NCBI GenBank assembly: GCA_963755915.1
Contig: CAVWLP010000002.1
Location: 1,216,001-1,280,000, forward strand
Reading direction: 5' to 3'
From: an uncultured Phycisphaerales bacterium
Lineage (GTDB): Bacteria > Planctomycetota > Phycisphaerae > Tepidisphaerales > Tepidisphaeraceae
DNA: 64,000 nt
The notes below the pieces were generated by a model, which was not told the origin of the DNA, did not search any database, and saw only the letters and a list, made by a program, of their open reading frames with translations. The translations under genes and the position numbers were made by a program. The first letter of the stretch is position 1. Each line of letters starts with the position of its first letter. Below, piece by piece: positions 32,888-41,778 of this stretch.

Positions 32888-33778
32888 TCACGCCGTCTGG
32901 CCGGCGGATACCCCCACATCAGAAGACAACGGCGGCTCTGTCACGGTGTCTTCCGGGGGGGAGCACCCTTCATCGCCGGCGGTACTCCGCCGTCCTTTTG
33001 GATTTGTCTTTTCCGGTGTCCCGGATTGGCCTGCCGTGAGCGAAGTCGAATGGCCCCCATGCCGAAGGCGGTAGCTCTTGCCGGTGATGTTGATGATCGT
33101 GGCGTGCTGCAGGAACCGATCCAGAATGGCCGTGGCCGCCGGCACGTCGCCGATCAGCTTGGCCCAGTCCTCCAGTGGACGGTTGCTGGTCATCATCGTC
33201 GAGCGGTTCTCGTGCCGGCGCATGACGATCTCCAGCAGGCATTCGCCGCTGCGCCGCGGAAGCTGCTTCATTCCCATGTCGTCGATGATAAGCAGATCAG
33301 GCTTGAGATACCGGGCCAGCGTCTTGTCCTGGGCTCCCAGATCCTCGTCGCCTAAAAAGTCGCGGGCCAGGTCGAAGATGGATCGGTACAGGACCACCAA
33401 GCCGCTCTTGATCGCCTGGTGTCCGATGGCCTGGGCCAAAAACGATTTGCCCACGCCGGGCGGACCCAGCAAGAGCACGTCACGTTTGTCACGAATGAAC
33501 TGGCCGGCGGCCAGATCGTGAATCTGTTTGCGTTTGATGGAGGTGTTGAAGGAGAAGTCGAACTCGTCGAGGTTTTTGGTGTCGCGGAACATCGCCGCCT
33601 TGACGCGCCGGCCGATCTGCCGGCTGGATCGGACGTTCAGTTCATCCTGAAGGATCAGTTCCAAAAACTCACTGTGGTCGAGCCGATTGCCGGCCGCCTC
33701 GCTCAGGCGAACTTCAAGGCTGCTCGCCAGACCTGAAAGCCGAAGTTGCTTGAGCGTCTGCATCAACGAAGGTCTCAT
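32888..33778 (-). CDS. istB: IS21 helper ATPase IstB
   Basis: LDEFDFSF, GPPGVGKS, LLIIDDMG, TSNRPLEDW, AILDRFLQHA, GKSYR. Confidence 0.95.
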   Translation of the reverse strand: MRPSLMQTLKQLRLSGLASSLEVRLSEAAGNRLDHSEFLELILQDELNVRSSRQIGRRVKAAMFRDTKNLDEFDFSFNTSIKRKQIHDLAAGQFIRDKRDVLLLGPPGVGKSFLAQAIGHQAIKSGLVVLYRSIFDLARDFLGDEDLGAQDKTLARYLKPDLLIIDDMGMKQLPRRSGECLLEIVMRRHENRSTMMTSNRPLEDWAKLIGDVPAATAILDRFLQHATIINITGKSYRLRHGGHSTSLTAGQSGTPEKTNPKGRRSTAGDEGCSPPEDTVTEPPLSSDVGVSAGQTA

Positions 33779-35531
33779 GGGGTGGACTCCCTTCGGCTCT
33801 GCTCAGGGCAGGCCTGTAAAGGTTGTGCGGCAGGCAAAGCCTCCGCTTGGGTGATTGCGTCGCGTACGAACTGTCCGTAATCGGCCAGTCCGCGGATGAT
33901 TGGATGTTCCTGAACAAACTCGAAGTGTTGTTGAACCGGCGCGCCGTTTTGGTGTTCGATGAGCTGCCGCAGGGAGCGCAGGTGATACGCGCCATGCCCC
34001 AGAGCAATCTCGCAGGCTCGTTCCACGGCCGGTCGCGGCTGCTGATTGGCCAGCGACAGCAGCCCCATCAACACGCGCACGCCTTCGATGCCGCGATGCT
34101 GAAGCATTGACTGCGCCCACTGCGTGGCGTGCGGCCCGATGCATTCGATCCGCTGGAGAAGCCAGGTCGTTCCACGCTCGATGCCGCTGATCTTCTCCGG
34201 CAGGATATGGGCGTCTTGCGTCGAGAACCTGCCCGGCGGACGCTGCGCGTGCAGAGCGATCGCACGCATCTTCTGATCGAACAGCCGGACCGTGCGCCCG
34301 TCCCACCGCGCCCAGACCCGCTGGCCCAAAAACTCCGGCGGGACCGAATAGTACGCCCCCTTGATCTCCACGTGCCCGTCGCGGTGAACACTGCGCAACG
34401 CCTCGGTGAAAAGATCGAATCGCACCGGCGGCAGAGCCAACAGTGCCGGCTTCTCTACCTGCTCGAAGACTTCCTTCACCTGCCGCCGCGTCGTGCCGTG
34501 GATGCGCGTGTCGGCCACGCTCTTCTCCCACGTCAGCAGATGCGCGTTCTGATCCGAGAGCGAGGCGAATTGCCGGCCTTTGAGAGCATTGCTCTTCACA
34601 TAGCCGATGCCCCGCTCGATCTTCCCCTTGTGCCGCGGCGTGTACGGCTTGGTGGGCAGAATGGCGATTCCATAATGTTCGGCGAACGACCGGACCTTGG
34701 GACACAACTCCGCCTCGAACCAGTCCGCCCGCGTCACCGCCGCGCGAAGATTGTCGATCACCAGCGCTGACGGCATCCCGCCGAAGTGCGTAAAGGCATT
34801 TTCCAGACAACGCAGAAAATCATCGGTCGTCTGCCGCTCCACCGCCTCGGCGTACCCCTTGCGGCTGTGGCTCAGCACAATGCGGAAGACCCAGGTTGCT
34901 TTGCGTTTGCCGTCAGGACCGACCAGGGCGCACCCCGGCCGAAGTCCACCTGCACCTCGGCTCCCGGCTCGCATTCCATCCGGCGAAAGGGCGCCGGCGC
35001 GGCAGCCGAGAGCTTCTTGATGAACCGGCGCACGCTGTAATAGCTGCCGGCATAGCCGTGATCGCTGGAGATGTCTTGATAAATCCGCTGGGCCGTCAGC
35101 CCGGCTTCCAACTTCTGAACAATGACCTCACGCCAGGGCGATGCCGTACTGACCGACCCGATGGGCGCACCGGATAACCCGGTGGGCGCGCTCTCCGAGC
35201 CGCCTGCGGCGAGCACCGTCGAGCCGCCTGCGGCGAGCACCGTCGAGCCGCCTGCGGCGAGCACCGTCGAGCCGCCTGCGGCGAGCACCGTCGAGCCGCC
35301 TGCGGCGAGCACCGTCGAGCCGCCTGCGGCGAGCACCGTCGAGCCGAGGGGCGCGCTGGCCGGTTTTGAATCCGATCCGGGCGCCGCAGGATCGCCGCCC
35401 GACAACCGGATGTGGCGTCCAACGGTCTCCCGGTGAACGCCGAGTTGGCGGGCGATGTTCCGATTGGACCAGCCGCTGCGCACAAGTGCCAAAATTGCTT
35501 GTACTTCCGCCATCTTGAGTTGATTGGCCAT
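33775..35531 (-). CDS. istA: IS21 transposase IstA (frameshift near 34925)
   Basis: N-terminal HTH (WSNRNIARQLGVHRETV), EPGAEVQVDFG, VIDNLR, PRHKGKIERGIGYVK, RIHGTT, YYSVP. Confidence 0.93.
35197..35346. repeat. 24-bp tandem repeat x6 inside istA
   Basis: (gagccgcctgcggcgagcaccgtc)x6 + gagccg; encodes (STVLAAGG)x6. Confidence 0.97.
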
Positions 35532-35807
35532 CCCACCATTGGCTTGCGGCAACCGCCGAAAGCCAAGGTCGATAACCCAATCTCCTGTGCCTCAAAATGG
35601 CCGGTTTTGGCGCGCCCTCAATTGGCCGGTTTTGCGCCCCATGACATCTGCCGTTGGAATGGCATTATCAATATAACGACTACGGGTGGAGCGCGAAGAG
35701 TGAAAATTTGTTTTGGTGGGGTTTTGTCAATTTTTTAGTAAATGTGGCGGCGAGTTTTTAGGGTTTGGGGGGTAGTGGTATACTCTCGCAATAACAGTTT
35801 TCGGTCA

Positions 35808-36086
35808 TTATAGCCTTGCACACACAATCACCACGAAGACAGCCAGGAATACGGCGCTGAGTCCAAATCCGATCCATCCTGGAACCGATCTGCTTCGGCA
35901 TATTACGACTGAATCAATCCCGCAAAACAGGGATATAACGAGAAACGGAAGCGCGAGAATCGACATCCCCGATGCGAATAGCATAAAAAAGGTAAGGGAT
36001 ACGAGCGAGAGCCATCCTGTCCACTTGCCGCGTCGTTTAACGGGTGGCTCGGGGCTTCGATAATCTAAAGTCTGGTTGCTCATCAC
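35808..36086 (-). CDS. Small 3-TM passenger protein
   Basis: MSNQTLDYRSP then three hydrophobic segments. Confidence 0.6.
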   Translation of the reverse strand: MMSNQTLDYRSPEPPVKRRGKWTGWLSLVSLTFFMLFASGMSILALPFLVISLFCGIDSVVICRSRSVPGWIGFGLSAVFLAVFVVIVCARL

Positions 36087-36130
36087 CCAGCGTATTCTAC
36101 CGGGCTCTCTGTGCTGGTTATAATCCCCTC

Positions 36131-36361
36131 ATGAAAAAGGCCAAGAATCCCGATCCGGCCCAGGTCGCCCACCGCGTCGTTTCCGAGATAATTTCCCGCC
36201 ACGAAAAGCCGCTGCCATCGGATTTTGAGGCAGCGTGGACAGAGTGGTCAAGGGCAATCCAGAACATTGACGGGAGGACTATGGCGCTGCTGCGGGCGGC
36301 GTTTGAGGCGGGAGCGCAGGTGGCGAGGACACAGAAACCCGGACATCGTGATAATGGTTGA
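36131..36361 (+). CDS. Small hypothetical passenger protein
   Basis: TATAAT 6 nt before the ATG; MKKAKNPDPAQVAHRVVSEII... Confidence 0.55.
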   Translation: MKKAKNPDPAQVAHRVVSEIISRHEKPLPSDFEAAWTEWSRAIQNIDGRTMALLRAAFEAGAQVARTQKPGHRDNG

Positions 36362-37493
36362 ACTTTTCTACATCCGGTTGCACGCGATTACCAGCGTCCA
36401 TTATCGCCACAAGGTGGCCCATCATCTTTTTGTAGCCAGCCGCACTGTAATAGTTTTTTCTTTTGCGAATTATTTTTTGCCCGCCGATTAGATCAAGCGA
36501 ATTGTCGATTAACTTTGCGCTCGCGACCCTGGCGTTGTCCCATTGCACTTTTATATCTTCTGCCGACTTTTGCTGGACCTTCCCGTAAACGTGCACGTTT
36601 GCCCAGATGCCCCTTAGCGGCGCGGGCGGATGGGATGCCTTGTGGATTGATCTCATCGTAATCGGGACATCAAACAGCCAAAACATAAAAACGATTGCAA
36701 ACACCCAATCGGACATTAGCAATTGATCCCGATTTACAAGGTCCTTTCCCCGCTCTATGAGCGCGCGGGCAGTCTTTTGTGAATCGCTCATATTTCTCAA
36801 CCGCTTTAGCCACGACCAGAGCGATGCGTGAGCATCCGCGACCACCTCAAAGTATTGCTTAACAAGCGGGTGAAGATTTAGTCGGCCAGTTTGAAGTTCA
36901 AACAAAAGAGGACTCTTGGCTTTGGCGTTCTTGTATTCAGAATGTCCGGCTGCCAGATGCGCCAACTCATGAATGATTGCGAACTCAAAGGCTATGAGCG
37001 ATAGGCTCTCCGCGTGCGTTTTGCGGACCTCATCAATCGGGAACACTTCCGCCAATCTTCCGCCCAGATGATTTCCTAGCACGGAAAGTTTTGAAAAGTC
37101 GTTAACGATGCCTTCCGAACAGTAGGGTCGGCGAAGTCTCTCCGCGCGAGAGTTTCCGAGATTGGGAAGCACATCGGGACGAGAAAGCAGCCGGTAAAAC
37201 AGGTCATAGATCAGACAAATAGTTCCGGTGTGGACCGCTATAAAGCCGCATCCCGATTTTTCCTCGTGGAACGCAAATGCGTTCAGGCGACTGTTGTCCA
37301 CGAAACCAAAATGAACCTTCGGCAATTTGGGGCAGACTTGGTGCCGGTATTCCTCGATTAGATCATTTCCAAAACCGTGAAGATGGCGCAGCGTTTTTGA
37401 TTCAACCAACTCCGGATCGGCGGCGAGTGGATCATAAACCGTGTATCCATAGTAGTTGCAAACATCATTGAATGTTTGTTCTAAAGCTGTCAT
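36279..37493 (-). CDS. Zincin metalloprotease, Lit (U49)/M48-like
   Basis: NAFAF, IHELAHLAAGH (HExxH), EVVAD third-ligand motif, SHPPAPLR; no signal peptide. Confidence 0.7.
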   Translation of the reverse strand: MTALEQTFNDVCNYYGYTVYDPLAADPELVESKTLRHLHGFGNDLIEEYRHQVCPKLPKVHFGFVDNSRLNAFAFHEEKSGCGFIAVHTGTICLIYDLFYRLLSRPDVLPNLGNSRAERLRRPYCSEGIVNDFSKLSVLGNHLGGRLAEVFPIDEVRKTHAESLSLIAFEFAIIHELAHLAAGHSEYKNAKAKSPLLFELQTGRLNLHPLVKQYFEVVADAHASLWSWLKRLRNMSDSQKTARALIERGKDLVNRDQLLMSDWVFAIVFMFWLFDVPITMRSIHKASHPPAPLRGIWANVHVYGKVQQKSAEDIKVQWDNARVASAKLIDNSLDLIGGQKIIRKRKNYYSAAGYKKMMGHLVAIMDAGNRVQPDVEKFNHYHDVRVSVSSPPALPPQTPPAAAP

Positions 37494-37519
37494 AAGCCAT
37501 CCCAATAGGAGATTTCTTC

Positions 37520-37855
37520 ATGAATTCAGTTAGTTCGATGCCGGATATAGAACTGCGTGAGGCCATTGCTTCCGAGTTGGCTCCCCGCAGATGGGAAGAT
37601 ATTCGCATCAATGACGCTGGCCGACTGGTGGCCGACATGGTTGGCATACTCTCCGAATTTCCGGTTGAGATTCCTAACTGGACATCGAATCGGAAAGACG
37701 CCATTTGGCTTGAGGGGCAGATTAGAAAAGGCGGACTAGGAAATGCGTACAAGGTCGCCCTCAATAAGATTGTCTCTCGCGGGCAATCGCCAAGCCCCCG
37801 GCAGATTAGCGAAGCCGGGCTTATGGCTTTGCGGATGAACGCTTGCGTGGCGTAG
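37520..37855 (+). CDS. Hypothetical protein resembling phage ABA-sandwich domains
   Basis: RBS aggag; D.EL..AIA, PNWTSNRKDAIWL and SPRQISEAGLMAL pattern. Confidence 0.5.
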   Translation: MNSVSSMPDIELREAIASELAPRRWEDIRINDAGRLVADMVGILSEFPVEIPNWTSNRKDAIWLEGQIRKGGLGNAYKVALNKIVSRGQSPSPRQISEAGLMALRMNACVA

Positions 37856-38030
37856 CGCGTTTAATAAGTTTTTCCTCCGCAAACCCCAAGAGGATCGGCC
37901 TAGCCCACGTAGCAACGTCCGCGTGGTCGTCGGCGGCCGCCTCTAGGACGAGCTTTTTCTGGTCCTCGGTCATGGGGATACGGATATCAACACTTTTTCG
38001 TTCCGACGGGTCTTTTTTTGGTCTAGCCAT
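37821..38030 (-). CDS. Ribbon-helix-helix-like DNA-binding protein
   Basis: MARPKKDPSERKSVDIRIPMTEDQKKLVLEAA...VATWARPIL; divergent from the transposase. Confidence 0.7.
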   Translation of the reverse strand: MARPKKDPSERKSVDIRIPMTEDQKKLVLEAAADDHADVATWARPILLGFAEEKLIKRATPRKRSSAKP

Positions 38031-38038
38031 ATAGCGTT

Positions 38039-38108
38039 ATTATGGCCAAATAAATCTATTCTGTCAAGCGGAAATCTCTTGACGGCCGTGGATTACTTTG
38101 GCTATAAT
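38039..38108. promoter_or_regulatory. Back-to-back sigma70-type promoters for the transposase and RHH gene
   Basis: Plus: TTGACG(38079)-18nt-TATAAT(38103)-7nt-ATG; minus: TTGACA(38067)-17nt-CATAAT(38044)-8nt-ATG. Confidence 0.75.
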
Positions 38109-38115
38109 AACCCAC

Positions 38116-39010
38116 ATGAAGAAATTAAACATCGGCACGCGGGCGGCGATTCTTACGGCTCTAGTCGAGGGGAACAGCATCGCCTCAACGTGCCGGATGT
38201 ACGGGGTGAACAAAATCACCGTCCTTCGCTTGCTGGCGGACGCCGGAACGCTCGCCGCTCAATACCACGATTTGACGGTCTGCAACATTCGAAGCCGTCG
38301 CGTCCAATGCGACGAAGTTTGGGCATTCATCGGCGCAAAGCAAAAGAACGTCCCCGCCGACCTTGAAGGCGTTTTTGGCATCGGCGACGTGTGGACGTGG
38401 GTAGCAATCGACGCGGACACAAAGCTCATTATCGGCTACACCGTCGGCCAGCGCAACGGATGGTTCGCCCACAAATTTATGACCGATGTTGCCGACAGGC
38501 TGGCAAATCGCGTTCAGCTAACTTCCGATGGCTTGCGGGCGTACCTAGACGCGGTGGATAGCGCCTTCGGTAATGACATAGACTTCGCGCAGCTCGTCAA
38601 GATTTACGGTCCGGATAAATCTGGGCCGGGCCGATACAGTCCTCCGCAAGTAATCGGCGCAAAAGAACGCGATATGTGGAAATCCTAAATCAAAACACGT
38701 TTCGACCAGTTACGTCGAACGCCAGAATTTAACCGTCCGAATGGGCAATCGACGATTCACTCGACTCACAAATGGATTCTCGAAAAAGCTGGCGAATCAC
38801 GAGCACATGGTTGCGTTGCAGTATTTTCACTACAACTTCGTTCGAAAACACACGACGATCAAAACGACACCAGCAATGGCGGCGGGGCTTGCCGATAAGC
38901 AGTGGACGATGCGTGATTTTGTCGAATTGCTGGAGCGGGAAGAGCGATTGCTTGGCGGGCGTTTGACTAATTACAAGCCCGCGAGAAAGAAGATTTCGCC
39001 GGTTATTTGA
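38116..39010 (+). CDS. IS1-family (ISMhu11-like) transposase (frameshift near 38670)
   Basis: LVEGNSIASTCRMYGV HTH, VQCDEVWAFIG, WTWVAIDADTKL, QLTSDG, STSYVERQNLTVRM, RRFTRLTNGFSKK, TPAMAAGL. Confidence 0.9.
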
Positions 39011-39160
39011 GAGTATACCACTACCGTTTGGGGGAAAGTGGGGCACTTTCTTTTGACTGGGGTTTGGTGCAGGCCCTCACCCGCGCTGGAGCGGGAAAGC
39101 GCACCCCTACGGGGTTGCGGCTAAACGGGAGGGGTGATTTCGGTTGGCGCGGGAATTGAT

Positions 39161-40804
39161 TTATTCCTTCTGAGGCTTGCGGCGGCGCGAGTAGATTGCG
39201 AATCCCGCGAGGATGCCAACCGCCGGGGTCCAGATGGCGTAGCGGTTGAAGAGGTGGAGGCCGACATCCTGCGGCAGGCGCGTGGTGGGGGCGGTGAAGG
39301 GGGCGAAGAGGGGGGTTGAGGGGTCGCGGAGAGTGTTGCAGTAGTTTTCGGTTTCCTGGGCGGATTGTTCGACGAAGCGGTCGATGTCCATGAGGCGGGT
39401 GCCGCCGATGAGGCTGAGGAGGGCGAGAGCGCCGAGGGGGAACCAGAAGCTGGTGCGTTCGCGGGCGCGTTCGAAGAAGGGGTAGTTTCGAGGGAGGCCA
39501 AAGAAGATGAGCATCCAGCAGCGGGTGAGGTAGAGGGCGGTGAGGATGGAGACGAGGGAGGGGAGGGCGAAGAAGATCCAGAAGAATCCGCCGCGGGTGG
39601 CGGCCAAAGCGCCGGAGTGTTGGAAGATGAGCTGGGAGCTGTAGTAGCCAGCGGTGAAGGGGGCGGGGGCCATGGCGAGGAGGGGGATGGCGAAGAAGAT
39701 GGAGAGGACGGGGAGTTTTCGGGCGAGGCCACCGAGTTCGGCGAGGCGTTGCTGGCCGCCGGTGGTTTGGACGACGGCGCCGGCGGCGAGGAGGAGCGCG
39801 GATTTGAAGAAGGCGTGGGAGAGGAGTTGGAAGAGGGCGCCGGCCCAGGAGCCGATGCCGATGGCCATGTACATGAGGCCGAGTTGGGAGAGGGTGCTGA
39901 AGCCGAGGAGGGGGGCGATGTCCTGCTGCATCAGGGCGAGGATGGCGCCGGCGATGAGCATCAATAGTCCAATCGCGGCGATGGCGATTTGGATTTGGGG
40001 TGTGAGGAGGGGGAAGATGCGGGCGAGGAAGTAGACGGCGGCGGCGCTGGCGGTGACGGTCTGGAGAATGGCGGCGGCGACGAGGCGCGGGCGGAAGATC
40101 AACTGGATGGATTTGATGAGGGAGGCGAGGGCCAGCGCGGACCCGGCAATCGCAAGGGTTTTGGCGGGGATCATGTTGGCGGCGACGAGGCGGTCGAGTT
40201 GCAGGAATGTGGAATTGCCGGTGGAACGCCAGAGGGTGATTGCGCCGAGGAGAAGTGCGGCGTCGCCGAGGCGGAAGAGGATGAAGGCGCGCATGGAGGT
40301 TGGCGGGGGGGAAAGGAGATAGCCGGCGAGGGCGATGAGTTCCCAGAAGATGACGGCCATCAAGAGATTGCCGCTGAGGACGAGGGCGAGGGTTGAGAAG
40401 AGTAGGAGCTGGAAATATTTGAAGAATTGAACGAAGCGGACGTCGTCGCGGAGGATTCGGACGGCGAAGAGGCAGACGAGTGCGGCGACGGGGGTGATGG
40501 TGTTGAACATCGCGACGGTGAGGGTGTCGATATAGAGGTTCAGATTGCCGAAGGGGGTGGGGAGGATTTTGAAGGCGAGTTCGATGGGTTTGTCGCCAAA
40601 GCCCCAGGTGAGTCCGGCGAGCTCACCGCCGCCGATCCAGGCGATGGTGGCGGCCATGGAGAGGGCGAAGCATGCGGCGGAGATGGCGCAGGCGATCCAG
40701 CCGGAGAGGGGCTGTCCCATGCGGCGGCCGATGGAGAGGAGGAGCGTGAACGACGCGAGGGGGAGGAGGGTCGCTACGATGAGGAATAGCGCGGGCGTCG
40801 GCAT
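39161..40804 (-). CDS. Orphan NuoL/MrpA-like antiporter-type membrane subunit
   Basis: FWELIALAGYLL, FRLGD, GFSTLSQLGLM, HAFFKSALLLAAGAV, LTALYLTR; no other nuo/mrp genes adjacent. Confidence 0.8.
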   Translation of the reverse strand: MPTPALFLIVATLLPLASFTLLLSIGRRMGQPLSGWIACAISAACFALSMAATIAWIGGGELAGLTWGFGDKPIELAFKILPTPFGNLNLYIDTLTVAMFNTITPVAALVCLFAVRILRDDVRFVQFFKYFQLLLFSTLALVLSGNLLMAVIFWELIALAGYLLSPPPTSMRAFILFRLGDAALLLGAITLWRSTGNSTFLQLDRLVAANMIPAKTLAIAGSALALASLIKSIQLIFRPRLVAAAILQTVTASAAAVYFLARIFPLLTPQIQIAIAAIGLLMLIAGAILALMQQDIAPLLGFSTLSQLGLMYMAIGIGSWAGALFQLLSHAFFKSALLLAAGAVVQTTGGQQRLAELGGLARKLPVLSIFFAIPLLAMAPAPFTAGYYSSQLIFQHSGALAATRGGFFWIFFALPSLVSILTALYLTRCWMLIFFGLPRNYPFFERARERTSFWFPLGALALLSLIGGTRLMDIDRFVEQSAQETENYCNTLRDPSTPLFAPFTAPTTRLPQDVGLHLFNRYAIWTPAVGILAGFAIYSRRRKPQKE

Positions 40805-40826
40805 AATGTGGATTCGAACTGCGGCG

Positions 40827-41168
40827 TCATGCCAGCAGGTCGTTCACCTTCGCGGCGCAGATAAAGTCATTCTCCGAGAGTCCTTTCACAGAGTGGGTGC
40901 TAAAGTGGACTTCGCAGCGGTTATAGCCGACCTTGAGGTCGGGGTGATGGTCCTGGCGGTGGGCGACCCAGGCAACGGCGTTTACGAAGGCCATGGTGTG
41001 GTGGTAGTCCTTGAAGTCGAAGGATCGGCAGAGAGCGCCGTCGTGGATTTTCCAGCCGGGGACGTCGGGGAGGAGGTTGTCGATCTGCTTCTGGGAGAGG
41101 GCGGGGGTGCCGGGGGCGCAGGGTTGGCAGCGTTTTTCGGAAAGGGTTGTGGGTTTTTCGGAATTCAT
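40827..41168 (-). CDS. phhB: Pterin-4-alpha-carbinolamine dehydratase
   Basis: FVNAVAWVAHRQDHHPDL, STHSVKGLSENDFICAAK. Confidence 0.92.
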   Translation of the reverse strand: MNSEKPTTLSEKRCQPCAPGTPALSQKQIDNLLPDVPGWKIHDGALCRSFDFKDYHHTMAFVNAVAWVAHRQDHHPDLKVGYNRCEVHFSTHSVKGLSENDFICAAKVNDLLA

Positions 41169-41170
41169 GG

Positions 41171-41692
41171 TCAGCCTTTTGCAAAGCCGGGGATTGTACC
41201 CGAATGGAGTTGGCGGAGCGCCTCAAATAATCCGACGGCGGCGGCGACGGAAAGGTTCAAACAGCGCTGGTCGGGGGCTTGGGGGATGCGTAGGACGCGG
41301 CCGGGGTGGGTGGAGAGGATGGAATCGGGGATACCGGCGGTTTCGCTGCCGAAGATGAGCCAGTCGGAGTCGGAGAATTTTACGTCCCATAACGAGAGAG
41401 AGCCTTTGGTGGAGAAGAGCCAGAGGTTGCCGCCGGCGCGGTTGGCGAAATCGAAGAAGGCTGGTGAATCGTCATGGACGGTGAGGCGGAGTTTGGGCCA
41501 GTAGTCCATGGCGCTGCGGCGGAGGTTTTTGTCGGAGAGGACGAAGCCGAGGGGGCGGACGAGATGGAGCTCGGAGGAGGTGGCGACGCAGGCGCGGGCG
41601 ATGTTGCCGGTGTTGGGGGCGATCTGCGGCTGGAGGAGCGCGAGCTTGAGGTGGTGGGGGCGAAGGTGGGGGAGATCGGTTTGGGGCGGCAT
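41171..41692 (-). CDS. trmL: tRNA (cytidine/uridine-34-2-O)-methyltransferase
   Basis: PQIAPNTGNIARAC, LRRSAMDYW, FGSETAG, RCLNLSVA. Confidence 0.92.
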   Translation of the reverse strand: MPPQTDLPHLRPHHLKLALLQPQIAPNTGNIARACVATSSELHLVRPLGFVLSDKNLRRSAMDYWPKLRLTVHDDSPAFFDFANRAGGNLWLFSTKGSLSLWDVKFSDSDWLIFGSETAGIPDSILSTHPGRVLRIPQAPDQRCLNLSVAAAVGLFEALRQLHSGTIPGFAKG

Positions 41693-41778
41693 AGGGAAAT
41701 CCCCCACGGCGGCGCGGTTCGACTGCGCTCACCGAAGTCCGTGGCGTTCACAGATCAGAGTGACCTACGATTATGGCA

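Larger units (their letters stand above)
32766..35646 (-). mobile_element. Complete IS21-family insertion sequence (2881 bp)
   Basis: Both ends begin TGTCA(C/T)GGGGCGCA and carry repeated aaaacc(a/g)gcca motifs; 6-bp direct repeat tctgcc at 32760-32765 and 35647-35652; istA-istB inside. Confidence 0.95.
35771..39025 (+). mobile_element. IS1-family element with passenger genes (3255 bp)
   Basis: 17-bp perfect IRs ggtagtggtatactctc (35771-35787) / gagagtataccactacc (39009-39025); 8-bp direct repeat gtttgggg at 35763-35770 and 39026-39033; IS1-like transposase at the right end; lower GC interior. Confidence 0.92.

Noticed and set aside
35197-35346. Possible CRISPR array
   Set aside because: Units are directly adjacent with no spacers, lie in frame inside istA, and no cas genes are present
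38640-38700. Programmed insA/insB frameshift in the IS1-like transposase
   Set aside because: The break lies inside the catalytic domain at a cgcg run, not at an A6C slippery site after the DNA-binding part; it matches the window-wide indel pattern
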